Source: Candidatus Thorarchaeota archaeon (GTDB taxonomy: Archaea > Asgardarchaeota > Thorarchaeia > Thorarchaeales > Thorarchaeaceae). From it: a DNA stretch of 17,881 nt. The stretch is taken from the NCBI GenBank assembly GCA_016839445.1, contig JAEOUG010000061.1:1-17881 (forward strand), written 5' to 3'. A program made the position numbers and the translations under genes. The notes under the pieces are model-generated. The model saw nothing but the letters and a program-made list of their open reading frames with translations. It did no database searches and was not told where the DNA came from. Of this stretch, positions 1 to 8,446 are shown piece by piece; within the stretch, counting starts at the first letter, position 1, and every line of letters starts with the position of its first letter.

Positions 1-378
1 CTGGCCGAGAGCGCTGAGCGGGATCGTGAAGTTGACGAGATAGGGAGAGCGATGCTGTGTGATATGAGCCAGTCTATGTACGCTAAGGCAGGTCGTACGA
101 CGTCGGTTGTTGTTGCTCTTGTCGATGGGGCATCTCCTGCAGTTTCAGCTCTGATAGTGATGTTTCCCCTTTTCTTTGTGCCAATGGGATTCCTTGACTA
201 CCGTATGGCCTTCTACATGGCCATTGTGATCTGCATGGGGCTCCTGTTCGTCCTTGGCCTATTCCTTGGAGCAGTTTCGAAGAAGAATATGTGGGGCTAC
301 GGAGCCAAGACTCTCCTTGCAGGGATTATGACCGCGCTCTTGATGTTCCTCATCTCCTTGGCTACAGGCGGAGGGTAG
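1..378 (+). CDS. VIT1/CCC1-family membrane transporter, 5'-truncated by the window edge
   Basis: Frame 1 is open from base 1 (LAESAERDREVDEIGRAML...), upstream of the ORF-track ATG at 52. The acidic 'LAESAERD.E...RAML' loop followed by hydrophobic helices ending 'LLFVLGLFLGAVSK...GAKTLLAGIMTA' matches archaeal VIT1/CCC1 proteins. Confidence 0.8.
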   Translation: MAESAERDREVDEIGRAMLCDMSQSMYAKAGRTTSVVVALVDGASPAVSALIVMFPLFFVPMGFLDYRMAFYMAIVICMGLLFVLGLFLGAVSKKNMWGYGAKTLLAGIMTALLMFLISLATGGG

Positions 379-384
379 GAGCTG

Positions 385-1347
385 TTGTTTGACGAGTTGC
401 CTCGGGAGCGGCTAGCATTCCTTCCAACACCGCTTCATCCACTGAAGAATCTCGGGGACTCCCTTGGCTTGGACTCCCTGTGGATAAAACGAGATGATCT
501 CACCGGGCTTGCCTTCGGCGGCAACAAGACACGGAAGCTTGAGTACGTTGTTGGCGACGCCAAGGCAAGCAAGTGCGACACGCTTGTGACGGTGGGGGCA
601 TTACAGAGCAATCACTGCCGCCAGACCGCAGCCGCGGCTGCAGCCTGCGGAATGAGGTGCATTCTCCTTGTGGGTGGAGAAGAACCTGAGACACTAGAGG
701 GCAACTTGCTCCTATCGCGCATGATGGGGGCTGAGATAAAGTACTACCCAGATGAGACCCTGTTCACCCTGGCAACGCACATGGATGAAGTTGTGCAGAC
801 CCTGGAGGACTTCGGTCTGAAGCCCTACGCCATTCCTGCAGGAGCCGCTATGGCTGTTGGCAGTGTGGCGTATGCAGTGGCCATGGAGGAGCTACAGCAC
901 CAGATGGAGGCAGAAGCGACCAGATTCGAGCGCATCCTAGTTCCAGTTGGAACTGGTGGGACCCTTGCGGGCATGATTGTTGGCGCTCACCTTCTTGATA
1001 TGGACACGAGGATTGTTGGCATTGCGGTCGCAGCTGACAGCCAGACCACTGAGCAACGAGTCCGTGATGTCATCGATATGCTGGTCTCTAAGTACTCCCT
1101 TGAGAGATTCGATCCTGAGATTGTCATCGATGACAGCTTCTTGGGTGATGGCTATGCACAGGTTGACGACAGCGTCAGAAGTTCTCTCGAGATGTTCGCA
1201 AAAATGGATGCAATCATTCTGGACCCAGTCTACACAGGGAAAGCTGGTGTCGCATTGATTCGGATGGCGCTGAACGGAGAGATTCCTTCGGATTCCCCCA
1301 CGTTATTCTACCACACAGGCGGGCAGCCCGCACTCTTTGCCTACTAA
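385..1347 (+). CDS. dcyD: D-cysteine desulfhydrase / ACC deaminase family PLP-dependent enzyme
   Basis: Motifs PTPL, WIKRDDLTGLAFGGNKTRKLEY (PLP lysine), QSNHCRQTAAAA, GTGGT, LDPVYTGK and HTGG. TTG start. Substrate not determinable from sequence alone. Confidence 0.88.
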   Translation: MFDELPRERLAFLPTPLHPLKNLGDSLGLDSLWIKRDDLTGLAFGGNKTRKLEYVVGDAKASKCDTLVTVGALQSNHCRQTAAAAAACGMRCILLVGGEEPETLEGNLLLSRMMGAEIKYYPDETLFTLATHMDEVVQTLEDFGLKPYAIPAGAAMAVGSVAYAVAMEELQHQMEAEATRFERILVPVGTGGTLAGMIVGAHLLDMDTRIVGIAVAADSQTTEQRVRDVIDMLVSKYSLERFDPEIVIDDSFLGDGYAQVDDSVRSSLEMFAKMDAIILDPVYTGKAGVALIRMALNGEIPSDSPTLFYHTGGQPALFAY

Positions 1348-1392
1348 CCCACCGAGCTACGGGCAAGATTAAAAATCCTAACAAAGGTGGGG

Positions 1393-1401
1393 TTTTATAT
1401 A
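1393..1401 (+). promoter_or_regulatory. Archaeal TATA box (TTTTATATA) for the MoxR-VWA operon
   Basis: AT-rich TATA consensus in the intergenic gap, ~40 nt upstream of ATG 1441. Confidence 0.65.
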
Positions 1402-1440
1402 CCCAGTCACAGAAAAAACGAGTGAATGGGGGCATTTGTC

Positions 1441-2346
1441 ATGACTTCTGAGTCAGTTCTGTTTAAGAAATCCTTTGAGGAGCGGCTCGCTGCGGCGAGC
1501 AGAGAGAAAGTCCGGATTGTCATCAAAGAGCAGTACGCTGACGCATTTGACGTTCTTGGGGACTGCGAGAACGCCCATCTCATTCCTGGCCTGATTGGGC
1601 CGCCGGGTGTTGGGAAGACACTACTGCTACGTGCCTACGCAGAGAAAACAGGCCGTGACCTCTATTGGATCACAGGCGACGAGGGCGTTCGTCCCTCCCA
1701 TCTCACGGGCGCCTTCAACCCAAGCATTGTGCTGAACAAAGGCTTCACACTAGAAGCCTTCGAACCCGGTCCTTTGCTCAAGAGCATGGTCTATGGAGGA
1801 GTCTTCGGTCTGAACGAGGCAAACCGATTGAGTGAGTACGTGCAGAACTCACTGCTGGACCCCTTCGAAGAGGGCTCAATCAATGTCCAACGACTGGGTC
1901 GAATCCGTGCCCACGAGAACTTCTTTCCTGTGCTCACCATGAACCCCGAGGAGATGAGCGGGGCACACAGGCTAAGTGAGGCCCTTAGGGACAGAATTCG
2001 CGTCTGGATCCGCCTTGGATATCCTCGCAAGGAAACCGAGATCGAGATCATCAAAGTGAACTGCCCTGAGTACAAGTTATCAGATACAGCACTGGAGAAG
2101 ATCTACGGTCTCGTAGCCACTACAAGGACCAGTACGGACATTGAGATTCCTGCCAGCATCAGAGCTGGCATCTCCATTGCGAGACTGGCCTCTGAGATGG
2201 CTAAGCGAAACGATAAGAAAGTTGACCACCAGTTGCTCTCTGACGCAGCCACATTCGTGCTAGTCGGAGCTCTGCGGTTCAGACCTGGCATCGACGCAGA
2301 ACCTGCAGTGAACTCCTTGGTAAGAAGGGTACTAGGGAGCAGCTAA
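1441..2346 (+). CDS. moxR: MoxR-family AAA+ ATPase
   Basis: Walker A GPPGVGKT, variant Walker B VFGLNEANR, PGPL, sensor-1 TMNP, Arg finger LSEALRDR, lid ASIR. The start at 1441 fits the TATA spacing; 1426 is an alternative. Confidence 0.9.
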   Translation: MTSESVLFKKSFEERLAAASREKVRIVIKEQYADAFDVLGDCENAHLIPGLIGPPGVGKTLLLRAYAEKTGRDLYWITGDEGVRPSHLTGAFNPSIVLNKGFTLEAFEPGPLLKSMVYGGVFGLNEANRLSEYVQNSLLDPFEEGSINVQRLGRIRAHENFFPVLTMNPEEMSGAHRLSEALRDRIRVWIRLGYPRKETEIEIIKVNCPEYKLSDTALEKIYGLVATTRTSTDIEIPASIRAGISIARLASEMAKRNDKKVDHQLLSDAATFVLVGALRFRPGIDAEPAVNSLVRRVLGSS

Positions 2347-2349
2347 ACC

Positions 2350-4893
2350 ATGGCAATCCAGCCTCGCATTGCACCTGTTCCAAGCAATGCACCACCATTC
2401 GCACATGAGTTCACCAAGCGAATGAGGGCTAGGAAGGATGTTCGAAAGAAACCCAGCGTTCGCCAGACTCAGTCCATTCCTCAACTTCTATCTGCCCGGT
2501 ATTTCAGGAAGGGCGAGCTAACTCTGGAGGACTTCCTTGAGGCTGCCATATTCACCACGTTCCCACCAGACCAAGAGATTGCCAGAGAGATTGCAGAGGA
2601 CATCCTTCTTGGGCGCAACATGAAGGAGAAAGAGAAGAAGCCTGAGCCACAACCAGCCCAAGCGGCCCCCAGTGGTCCTAAGAAGAACAACGAGTTAGAC
2701 AGAGTAATGGACCAGATTCGCCGCGAGCAAGAGCTCAGGAAGATCATTAAGAAAGACAAGGTTGAGGCTGGCTACGAGTATCTCAAGGACCTGCGTTCGC
2801 GGAAGGACAAGGACCTCTATAATGCAGCAACGGACTATCTCACAGATGGTGATATCGTCCTTAGAGGAATCACCAGTGACGACGAGCTGAAAGAGACCGC
2901 CAACCAGAAGCTCGAGGAGCGATACGGTGGGCTGACATCCCAAGACATCCAGAACTCAAGGACTCTGGGGTCTCTTGACGATGTCTGTGAGTCACCAAAT
3001 GCTGCTGAGAGGATTGCTGCTAAGTCACTGAGGGGGGACGATGACGTGATGCAGGAGTTCTCCGACCTGGCGCGGCAGGACCCGGCCTCGGCCGCACGGG
3101 CCCTTCGCCACATGGAAGAAATGGGAACTCTGGACTCAGAAACACAGAAGCAGATGGACAAGACGCTACAGGACAACCTCGCAGACCTTAGCGAGGCGAC
3201 GGACTACGCGCGTGAACTCAAGCGCCTGCCCGACAACCTCGACCAAATGCTTCAGGACGCTCCATCCAAGTACCAGCTCGCAGATGCCGCGTCGCTGGGT
3301 GAGAAGATTAGAGATTCAACCGGCACTAGTCGTCAAATCAAGGACGACTTGCTGCAGCAGTACGACCAGCAATACGACCAGGGTGCTGGAGACAAGGTCG
3401 ACATGCATCAGCTGGCAGATGTGCAATCATCCTCAGACTCGTGGAGTAATCTGGTTCAGAAAGAGACCCAGTCAATGCTTCAGGACGCAGAGTCGAGATC
3501 CTCTCCTGCTGACTTCCTAAAGTCCTCTCTAGGTCAGGCATCGAAGCTACAGGAGAAGCTGCAGTCCCAAAAAGCAAAACAGGAATGGGACAAGATGCAA
3601 CAGCAGCTTGCCGATGCGGCCGTTGACAGCTCTCCCACAAAAGCAGACCTAAGGAGCACGGTGAAGACCTGCTCCAGATTCGGCCAGGTCCCCTCTGAGA
3701 GCTCAATCAGAGGGGCTGGTGAGCGTCTTGGCATGACCGAGAACGAGATTCTGGAACTTCTGAATCCCAGCTTCGAGGTGATCAAGAAGCTGATACAGGC
3801 TGGTGTGAGTGACTTTGAGCGCCTCCACAGCCTCATCTCTTCTGCTGGCCTTACTCCGCACCAGCTTCGGCAGCTGGGCGATATGGCGGCACAGCAAGGG
3901 AATCAGAGTGCATTGGGAGCGATTGCCCACGAGGACTTCGGTGCCGCGCTCGGCATGCCCATGAGAGGCGGCTATACTCAGGGCTACGGCTATCGTCAGA
4001 GCAGATCAGGCGCCGGCCTTGACCAACAGAGGGCCGACATGGCAATCGGCGGACTCCTTGGAGGCCCTGCTACTAATATCATCAAGATTTGGTTCGGTTA
4101 TCGAGATGAGCTGCCTCCTGAGTTAAAGCAGCGTCTAAGGGAGATCGCCAAGCGGCTGCTCATTGATCTCGGTATGCGATTCGCCAGAGCTACCATGGGT
4201 AGCAGCATGTTGGGCGGTATCCAGGAGTCAAGCACTGTTAGGCCCTTCAGAATAGGTGATGATATCGACCTGATCAACCTCGAAGAGACCATCGACGCGC
4301 TCTTGGTCCAGGGACGTACGAATTTCAGGATCATAGAGGATACTGATTTTCAGGTAACCGAGACCTATCAGGGCCACAGAGCGTTCTATTGGGCTCTTGA
4401 CAAGAGCGGCTCGATGAACGCACCGGAGAAACTCGGGATGCTGGCAATCTCTGTGATGGCCGGTCTATACGGAGTACAGAAGGATGACTTCGGCGTCGTT
4501 CTCTTCGACCACGAGACGCACGTCGTGAAAGAAATCGCAGAGAGGAACGTTTCAGTGGAGAAGGTGGCCTCGGACTTGCTGGATGCCCGAGCGGGGGGAG
4601 GCACAGGGGGTGCATTCTCTATCGAGCTCGCCCTGAAGAACTTCGAGGACACCAAGGCCAAGGAGAAGGTCTTCATCTTCAGCACAGACATGTACCTGAG
4701 TGATCAGCCCCGTTGCGAGGAACTGGCTGAGCGGATGAAGCCGTTGGACATCAAGATGATCGTCTTGGTGCCGAAGTCGTCATATAATCCTCAAGCCGCA
4801 GACAACCTTGCCAAGAAGGCACACGGTGTCGTCCTCGACATTGCAGACATCAACGAGCTTCCGGCGAGACTTCTCCGGCTGACGAACTACTGA
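2350..4893 (+). CDS. VWA (MIDAS) domain protein, MoxR partner, with N-terminal AAA-lid-like domain and long helical middle region
   Basis: C-terminal VWA with intact MIDAS (DKSGS, GGGT, STD), preceded by RPFRIGDDIDLINLEETI as in MoxR-associated VWA proteins. Starts 3 nt after the moxR stop. Confidence 0.88.
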   Translation: MAIQPRIAPVPSNAPPFAHEFTKRMRARKDVRKKPSVRQTQSIPQLLSARYFRKGELTLEDFLEAAIFTTFPPDQEIAREIAEDILLGRNMKEKEKKPEPQPAQAAPSGPKKNNELDRVMDQIRREQELRKIIKKDKVEAGYEYLKDLRSRKDKDLYNAATDYLTDGDIVLRGITSDDELKETANQKLEERYGGLTSQDIQNSRTLGSLDDVCESPNAAERIAAKSLRGDDDVMQEFSDLARQDPASAARALRHMEEMGTLDSETQKQMDKTLQDNLADLSEATDYARELKRLPDNLDQMLQDAPSKYQLADAASLGEKIRDSTGTSRQIKDDLLQQYDQQYDQGAGDKVDMHQLADVQSSSDSWSNLVQKETQSMLQDAESRSSPADFLKSSLGQASKLQEKLQSQKAKQEWDKMQQQLADAAVDSSPTKADLRSTVKTCSRFGQVPSESSIRGAGERLGMTENEILELLNPSFEVIKKLIQAGVSDFERLHSLISSAGLTPHQLRQLGDMAAQQGNQSALGAIAHEDFGAALGMPMRGGYTQGYGYRQSRSGAGLDQQRADMAIGGLLGGPATNIIKIWFGYRDELPPELKQRLREIAKRLLIDLGMRFARATMGSSMLGGIQESSTVRPFRIGDDIDLINLEETIDALLVQGRTNFRIIEDTDFQVTETYQGHRAFYWALDKSGSMNAPEKLGMLAISVMAGLYGVQKDDFGVVLFDHETHVVKEIAERNVSVEKVASDLLDARAGGGTGGAFSIELALKNFEDTKAKEKVFIFSTDMYLSDQPRCEELAERMKPLDIKMIVLVPKSSYNPQAADNLAKKAHGVVLDIADINELPARLLRLTNY

Positions 4894-5621
4894 TCCGGCA
4901 TGAATCCAGCCTTTTCGGACAAGGACTTGTCCGTGGTCTCGCAGATCCAGAACTTGTACGCGCAGACATAGTCCTTGGTCTCTCTTAGGTCCAGCAAGCG
5001 TGACGAGAACAGCCTGCGCATCAGACGCATGTATCTGAAGAACGGGTCTCCCGGAGGTACAATCTCTGCCACGCAGTTGAGCTGATAACTGAGAGCAGTT
5101 CTCGCGTCATCTCTGTGCCAGCAGATGTTGAGTGTGACTCTGGGGTCCTTCAGGATATTCCTGTACGTCCTGTCACCAAACATCTCTACAGCGCCCAGCC
5201 GAAACCTGTCGATCTTCGCGTCGTCGACGAGAGTTCTCTGATAGAGTTCGATTCTCTCATCAATGGTCTCGCTGAACGGTCTGCCCTGCAGAGCGAGCTC
5301 TTCACCCTCAAGCTCGTGGATTGTCTCTTCTATTGTCTCGTCTGTTAGAGTGAGCCGTACAATCTTCTTGGCAGAGTTGATTGGGAATATACCGTATGCA
5401 CTGAGCGAAGAAACAGTTGGCTTCATGAGTGTAGATTCATAGAGGTCTCGAAGAGGGTCCTCGGAGGTCCCATCCATGTCCACAGCATTGGCCATCTCCT
5501 CATACACTTGGTCGGGGATGGGATTGAGCGGGAACATGACGTTGAAGCCACCGATGTCTACCTCAATCTTGCGCATCTCTCTGTCGATGAACTTGATCTG
5601 CGAGGTCTTCTCTTCTGACAT
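4887..5621 (-). CDS. Pyridoxamine 5'-phosphate oxidase-like (FMN-binding split barrel) protein
   Basis: PTVSS...PINSA, TYRNILKDPRVTL, SYQLNCVAEIV and AYKFWICE resemble archaeal PNPOx-like proteins with a helical insert. The 3' end overlaps the VWA gene by 7 nt. Confidence 0.62.
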   Translation of the reverse strand: MSEEKTSQIKFIDREMRKIEVDIGGFNVMFPLNPIPDQVYEEMANAVDMDGTSEDPLRDLYESTLMKPTVSSLSAYGIFPINSAKKIVRLTLTDETIEETIHELEGEELALQGRPFSETIDERIELYQRTLVDDAKIDRFRLGAVEMFGDRTYRNILKDPRVTLNICWHRDDARTALSYQLNCVAEIVPPGDPFFRYMRLMRRLFSSRLLDLRETKDYVCAYKFWICETTDKSLSEKAGFMPDQ

Positions 5622-5761
5622 CCCGGGGCCTCACTCTTGTCGTCCTATGAAGCGGCCTTACGGCCTGACTCATCCAACAGAGTACCTCCCTCATTGACAC
5701 TATTTATGGGTATGTCGCATATTCCACCGTGAGCAGATGCCTAACTGCTCTTACAAAACCA

Positions 5762-5767
5762 CTTAAA
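5762..5767 (+). promoter_or_regulatory. Putative TATA box (CTTAAA) with upstream A-rich BRE for the gelsolin gene
   Basis: acaaaacca-CTTAAA lies ~42 nt upstream of ATG 5809. Confidence 0.45.
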
Positions 5768-5808
5768 GGACCATGTCAAACAGAAGGTAGCCTGTACTGA
5801 GGCCGGGG

Positions 5809-6096
5809 ATGAGCCACTTGGTTGACGCCTACGAGATTGACTCTCAAGCAAGAATGGTTGAATACAAGACAGACCGTGTTCGTGTTGACACTAACAAGGT
5901 GCTCATCTTCGTTGTACACGAGACCAAGACAATCTATCTGTGGAGGGGGAACAGCGCTCAAATCTTCGAGAAGTTGATGGCGACTCGGGTGGCAGCGCAC
6001 TTGAGTCATCGCTACCCCGATTATAGGATTCGCCCAATCAAGGAAGGCGCGGAGCCAGCTGCCTTCAAGGCCATCATCGGCGAAAAGATCAACTAA
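5809..6096 (+). CDS. Single-domain gelsolin/villin-repeat protein (Asgard ProGel-like actin regulator)
   Basis: VLIFV...TIYLWRGNSAQIFEKLMATRVAAHL...IRPIKEGAEPAAF matches the gelsolin-domain pattern IYxWxG....EK..A...A..L...i.eG.Ep..F. 95 aa. Confidence 0.85.
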   Translation: MSHLVDAYEIDSQARMVEYKTDRVRVDTNKVLIFVVHETKTIYLWRGNSAQIFEKLMATRVAAHLSHRYPDYRIRPIKEGAEPAAFKAIIGEKIN

Positions 6097-7629
6097 TCAC
6101 TTCTTCTTGAATATCGATCTGTATCTCATCAAAAGAATGATTGAGACTATCGAAACGGCAACAGAGGCTACTGCAATCACGGCGAGCAAGGTTGGCAGCC
6201 AGCTAGATATGGACTGCAACTGAATCCTGACAATCACTTGGTCTGAGTTCTGATTGCCTGCGTCATCCCATATGAGTATCGTGTAGTTCTTGACACCCAG
6301 ACTGGTGCTGTCAATTTCCACGGAGACTGCGATGCCTGAGGCCCAAGACCCTGAGGCTATGACGGACCCGTTTAGTAAGACCAAGTATTCGGCAGGATTC
6401 GTGTCGCTTGGAGTCCACGCCACGGTACGGCCGGTCGAGTTAGCCACCACTATCATGTCCGACGGGTGTGAGAGTTGTGGAGATGTGTCATCAACTACCC
6501 ATATCAGAGTCTGCTGGGCCCAATTACCTGCTGTGTCACTGGCACGTACGATCAGTATGTGAGTTCCGTCGCCTACAGGAATACTCGTCTCCAGGGTTCC
6601 TGGGATATCTGGACCATCATCCCAGGAGAACAAGATTGTGTCTAGATGAAGGTCTGTCGCACTCAGTGTTACAATCTGTCCTGAGTTCTGGACCGTGTTG
6701 TTGGATGGTGCTGTCACGTTGATGCTCGGCTTTGTGTTGTCAGTCATGTAGACAAGGGTCTGGTTTGTGCTTCTTCCTAGCGAGTCGTTGGCCAGAATAT
6801 GTAGGGCATGTGAGGCCTCTCCCTGAGGGATTGTCACTTCAAATGAGTCCCAAGAACCTGATGTTCTGTTTTCGTTGTTCCACCAATACTCCACAGTGTC
6901 AGCACTGATGTCTGCGATCTCGATGGTGATTGTCGAGCCGGAACGTACGACTGACTCATTGTCCAGGCTCGGAATGATCTCGGGGGGGAAGTCATCAGTG
7001 ACCAGAATGAAGGTCTCGTGGCCCCAGTTGCCAGCCGAGTCATTAGCATAGACATTGAGTTGGTGATATGCATCAAGGGCCACAAGTGGCATATCATAGG
7101 GGTCCGATAGTGTGACATTGAGAGACCTATCCCAGTTGTATAGGACTGTGTCAAGGTGAAGGTCTGAAACAGTGGTGTTGACGAGAGTTCCTGATGGGTT
7201 GACTGACATGTTGAGAGGGGATTCCAGTGTTATCTCGGGGGCAGTGGCATCGGTGATGAAGTAGAACAGGGCAGAAGCCCAATTACCAGATGTGTCATTT
7301 GCGTAGATGATTAGGTAGTGGCCTGTTTCACTTGTCCTGGCCATCAGAGAGTATGGGGGCTCCAGAGTCTCGTTCTCAAGCATGCCGATGTTCCACCAGT
7401 AGAGGACCTGGCTCACACTCTCGTTGTCGGTGATGCTGAAGTTGATCCACGAGAACGGCTGGACAATGGACCCATTCAACGGCGTAAGTAGGGTGATCTG
7501 AGGTGGCTGGCTGTCCTCGGCGGTCAATGACTGCGAATTGTCGAGGTGCAAATAGTGTTCAGTCGGTATGTCTAGAGGAATCAGCACTAGGCATAACGCC
7601 AAGAAGAGTAGGAACCTCTTACGCATCAT
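6097..7629 (-). CDS. Secreted, C-terminally membrane-anchored surface protein with five Ig-like repeats
   Basis: Signal peptide MMRKRFLLFLALCLVLIP. Four ~85-aa repeats (D..PP.I....P.N...D...V.Y.W...H.L...AND..GNW) plus a fifth related domain. C-terminal TM helix and basic tail. About 18 N-x-S/T sequons. Confidence 0.85.
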   Translation of the reverse strand: MMRKRFLLFLALCLVLIPLDIPTEHYLHLDNSQSLTAEDSQPPQITLLTPLNGSIVQPFSWINFSITDNESVSQVLYWWNIGMLENETLEPPYSLMARTSETGHYLIIYANDTSGNWASALFYFITDATAPEITLESPLNMSVNPSGTLVNTTVSDLHLDTVLYNWDRSLNVTLSDPYDMPLVALDAYHQLNVYANDSAGNWGHETFILVTDDFPPEIIPSLDNESVVRSGSTITIEIADISADTVEYWWNNENRTSGSWDSFEVTIPQGEASHALHILANDSLGRSTNQTLVYMTDNTKPSINVTAPSNNTVQNSGQIVTLSATDLHLDTILFSWDDGPDIPGTLETSIPVGDGTHILIVRASDTAGNWAQQTLIWVVDDTSPQLSHPSDMIVVANSTGRTVAWTPSDTNPAEYLVLLNGSVIASGSWASGIAVSVEIDSTSLGVKNYTILIWDDAGNQNSDQVIVRIQLQSISSWLPTLLAVIAVASVAVSIVSIILLMRYRSIFKKK

Positions 7630-7655
7630 ACTGTGTCTGGTCTGACTAGGTCAAC

Positions 7656-7661
7656 TAATAA
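7656..7661. promoter_or_regulatory. Candidate bidirectional TATA element (TAATAA/TTATTA)
   Basis: Only TATA-like run in the 58-bp gap. Its edges lie 27 nt from ATG 7629 (-) and 27 nt from ATG 7688 (+). Confidence 0.55.
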
Positions 7662-7687
7662 GCTCTCTCACCATGAACTGGCCTGCA

Positions 7688-8446
7688 ATGAGCAACCCAC
7701 GAATAGCGATTGTCCGTGAGCCGCCTCGTTCCTTCGCAGGATGTGTTTCATCCCATCCTCTCAGGCACCAAGTTGACGTTGAGAGAGCAAAGGTACAACA
7801 CAATCAATACTGCAGAACTCTCAGAGACCTCGGGCTCGATCTCATTTGCCTTAAGCCTGTAGAAGAGCTTCCGGACTCCTGTTTCGTTGAAGACACTGCT
7901 GTTGTGAGGGGGAGCAGAGCGCTCATTACCCGGCTCGGGGAGCCCAGCAGGAGAGGAGAGGAGACCGCCATCAGAGAGACCTTGGACCAGTATGTAACAA
8001 CACGCTCCATTGAGGCGCCTGGAACGCTCGAAGGCGGGGATGTGATACACCTACCTTCTAGGCTCATCATCGGAATTGGGAAGAGAACCAACGAAGAGGG
8101 CGTTCGCCAGCTTTCTGATTTCCTCGGCGTAGAGACCCTCACAGTCGCGGATTTCGACATGGTCCACTTGAAGAGCCATGTTACATTCGTCGGGCGCAAC
8201 ACCTTTCTCTCCACATCATCTCTTGAGAATCACCCGGCGCTACACGCCTCCGACGTGCTTGTTGTACCCAGTGACGAGGACTATGCTGCAAACACACTGA
8301 CAATAGGAGATACAGTGCTTATGTCCTCGAGACACCGCAAGACGCTTGCTCTTGTCCGCGAGGCCGGATTCGACGTGATAACTCTCGACTTGAGCGAGTT
8401 CGAGAAGTGTGATGGTGCGCTCTCGTGTCTGTCAATCATACTCTAA
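7688..8446 (+). CDS. ddaH: N(G),N(G)-dimethylarginine dimethylaminohydrolase (amidinotransferase superfamily)
   Basis: LPDSCFVEDTAVV, SRRGE, LEGGDV, RTN, HLKS and the C-terminal catalytic Cys in GALSCLS. Start at 7688 preferred over 7673 from promoter spacing. Confidence 0.88.
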   Translation: MSNPRIAIVREPPRSFAGCVSSHPLRHQVDVERAKVQHNQYCRTLRDLGLDLICLKPVEELPDSCFVEDTAVVRGSRALITRLGEPSRRGEETAIRETLDQYVTTRSIEAPGTLEGGDVIHLPSRLIIGIGKRTNEEGVRQLSDFLGVETLTVADFDMVHLKSHVTFVGRNTFLSTSSLENHPALHASDVLVVPSDEDYAANTLTIGDTVLMSSRHRKTLALVREAGFDVITLDLSEFEKCDGALSCLSIIL

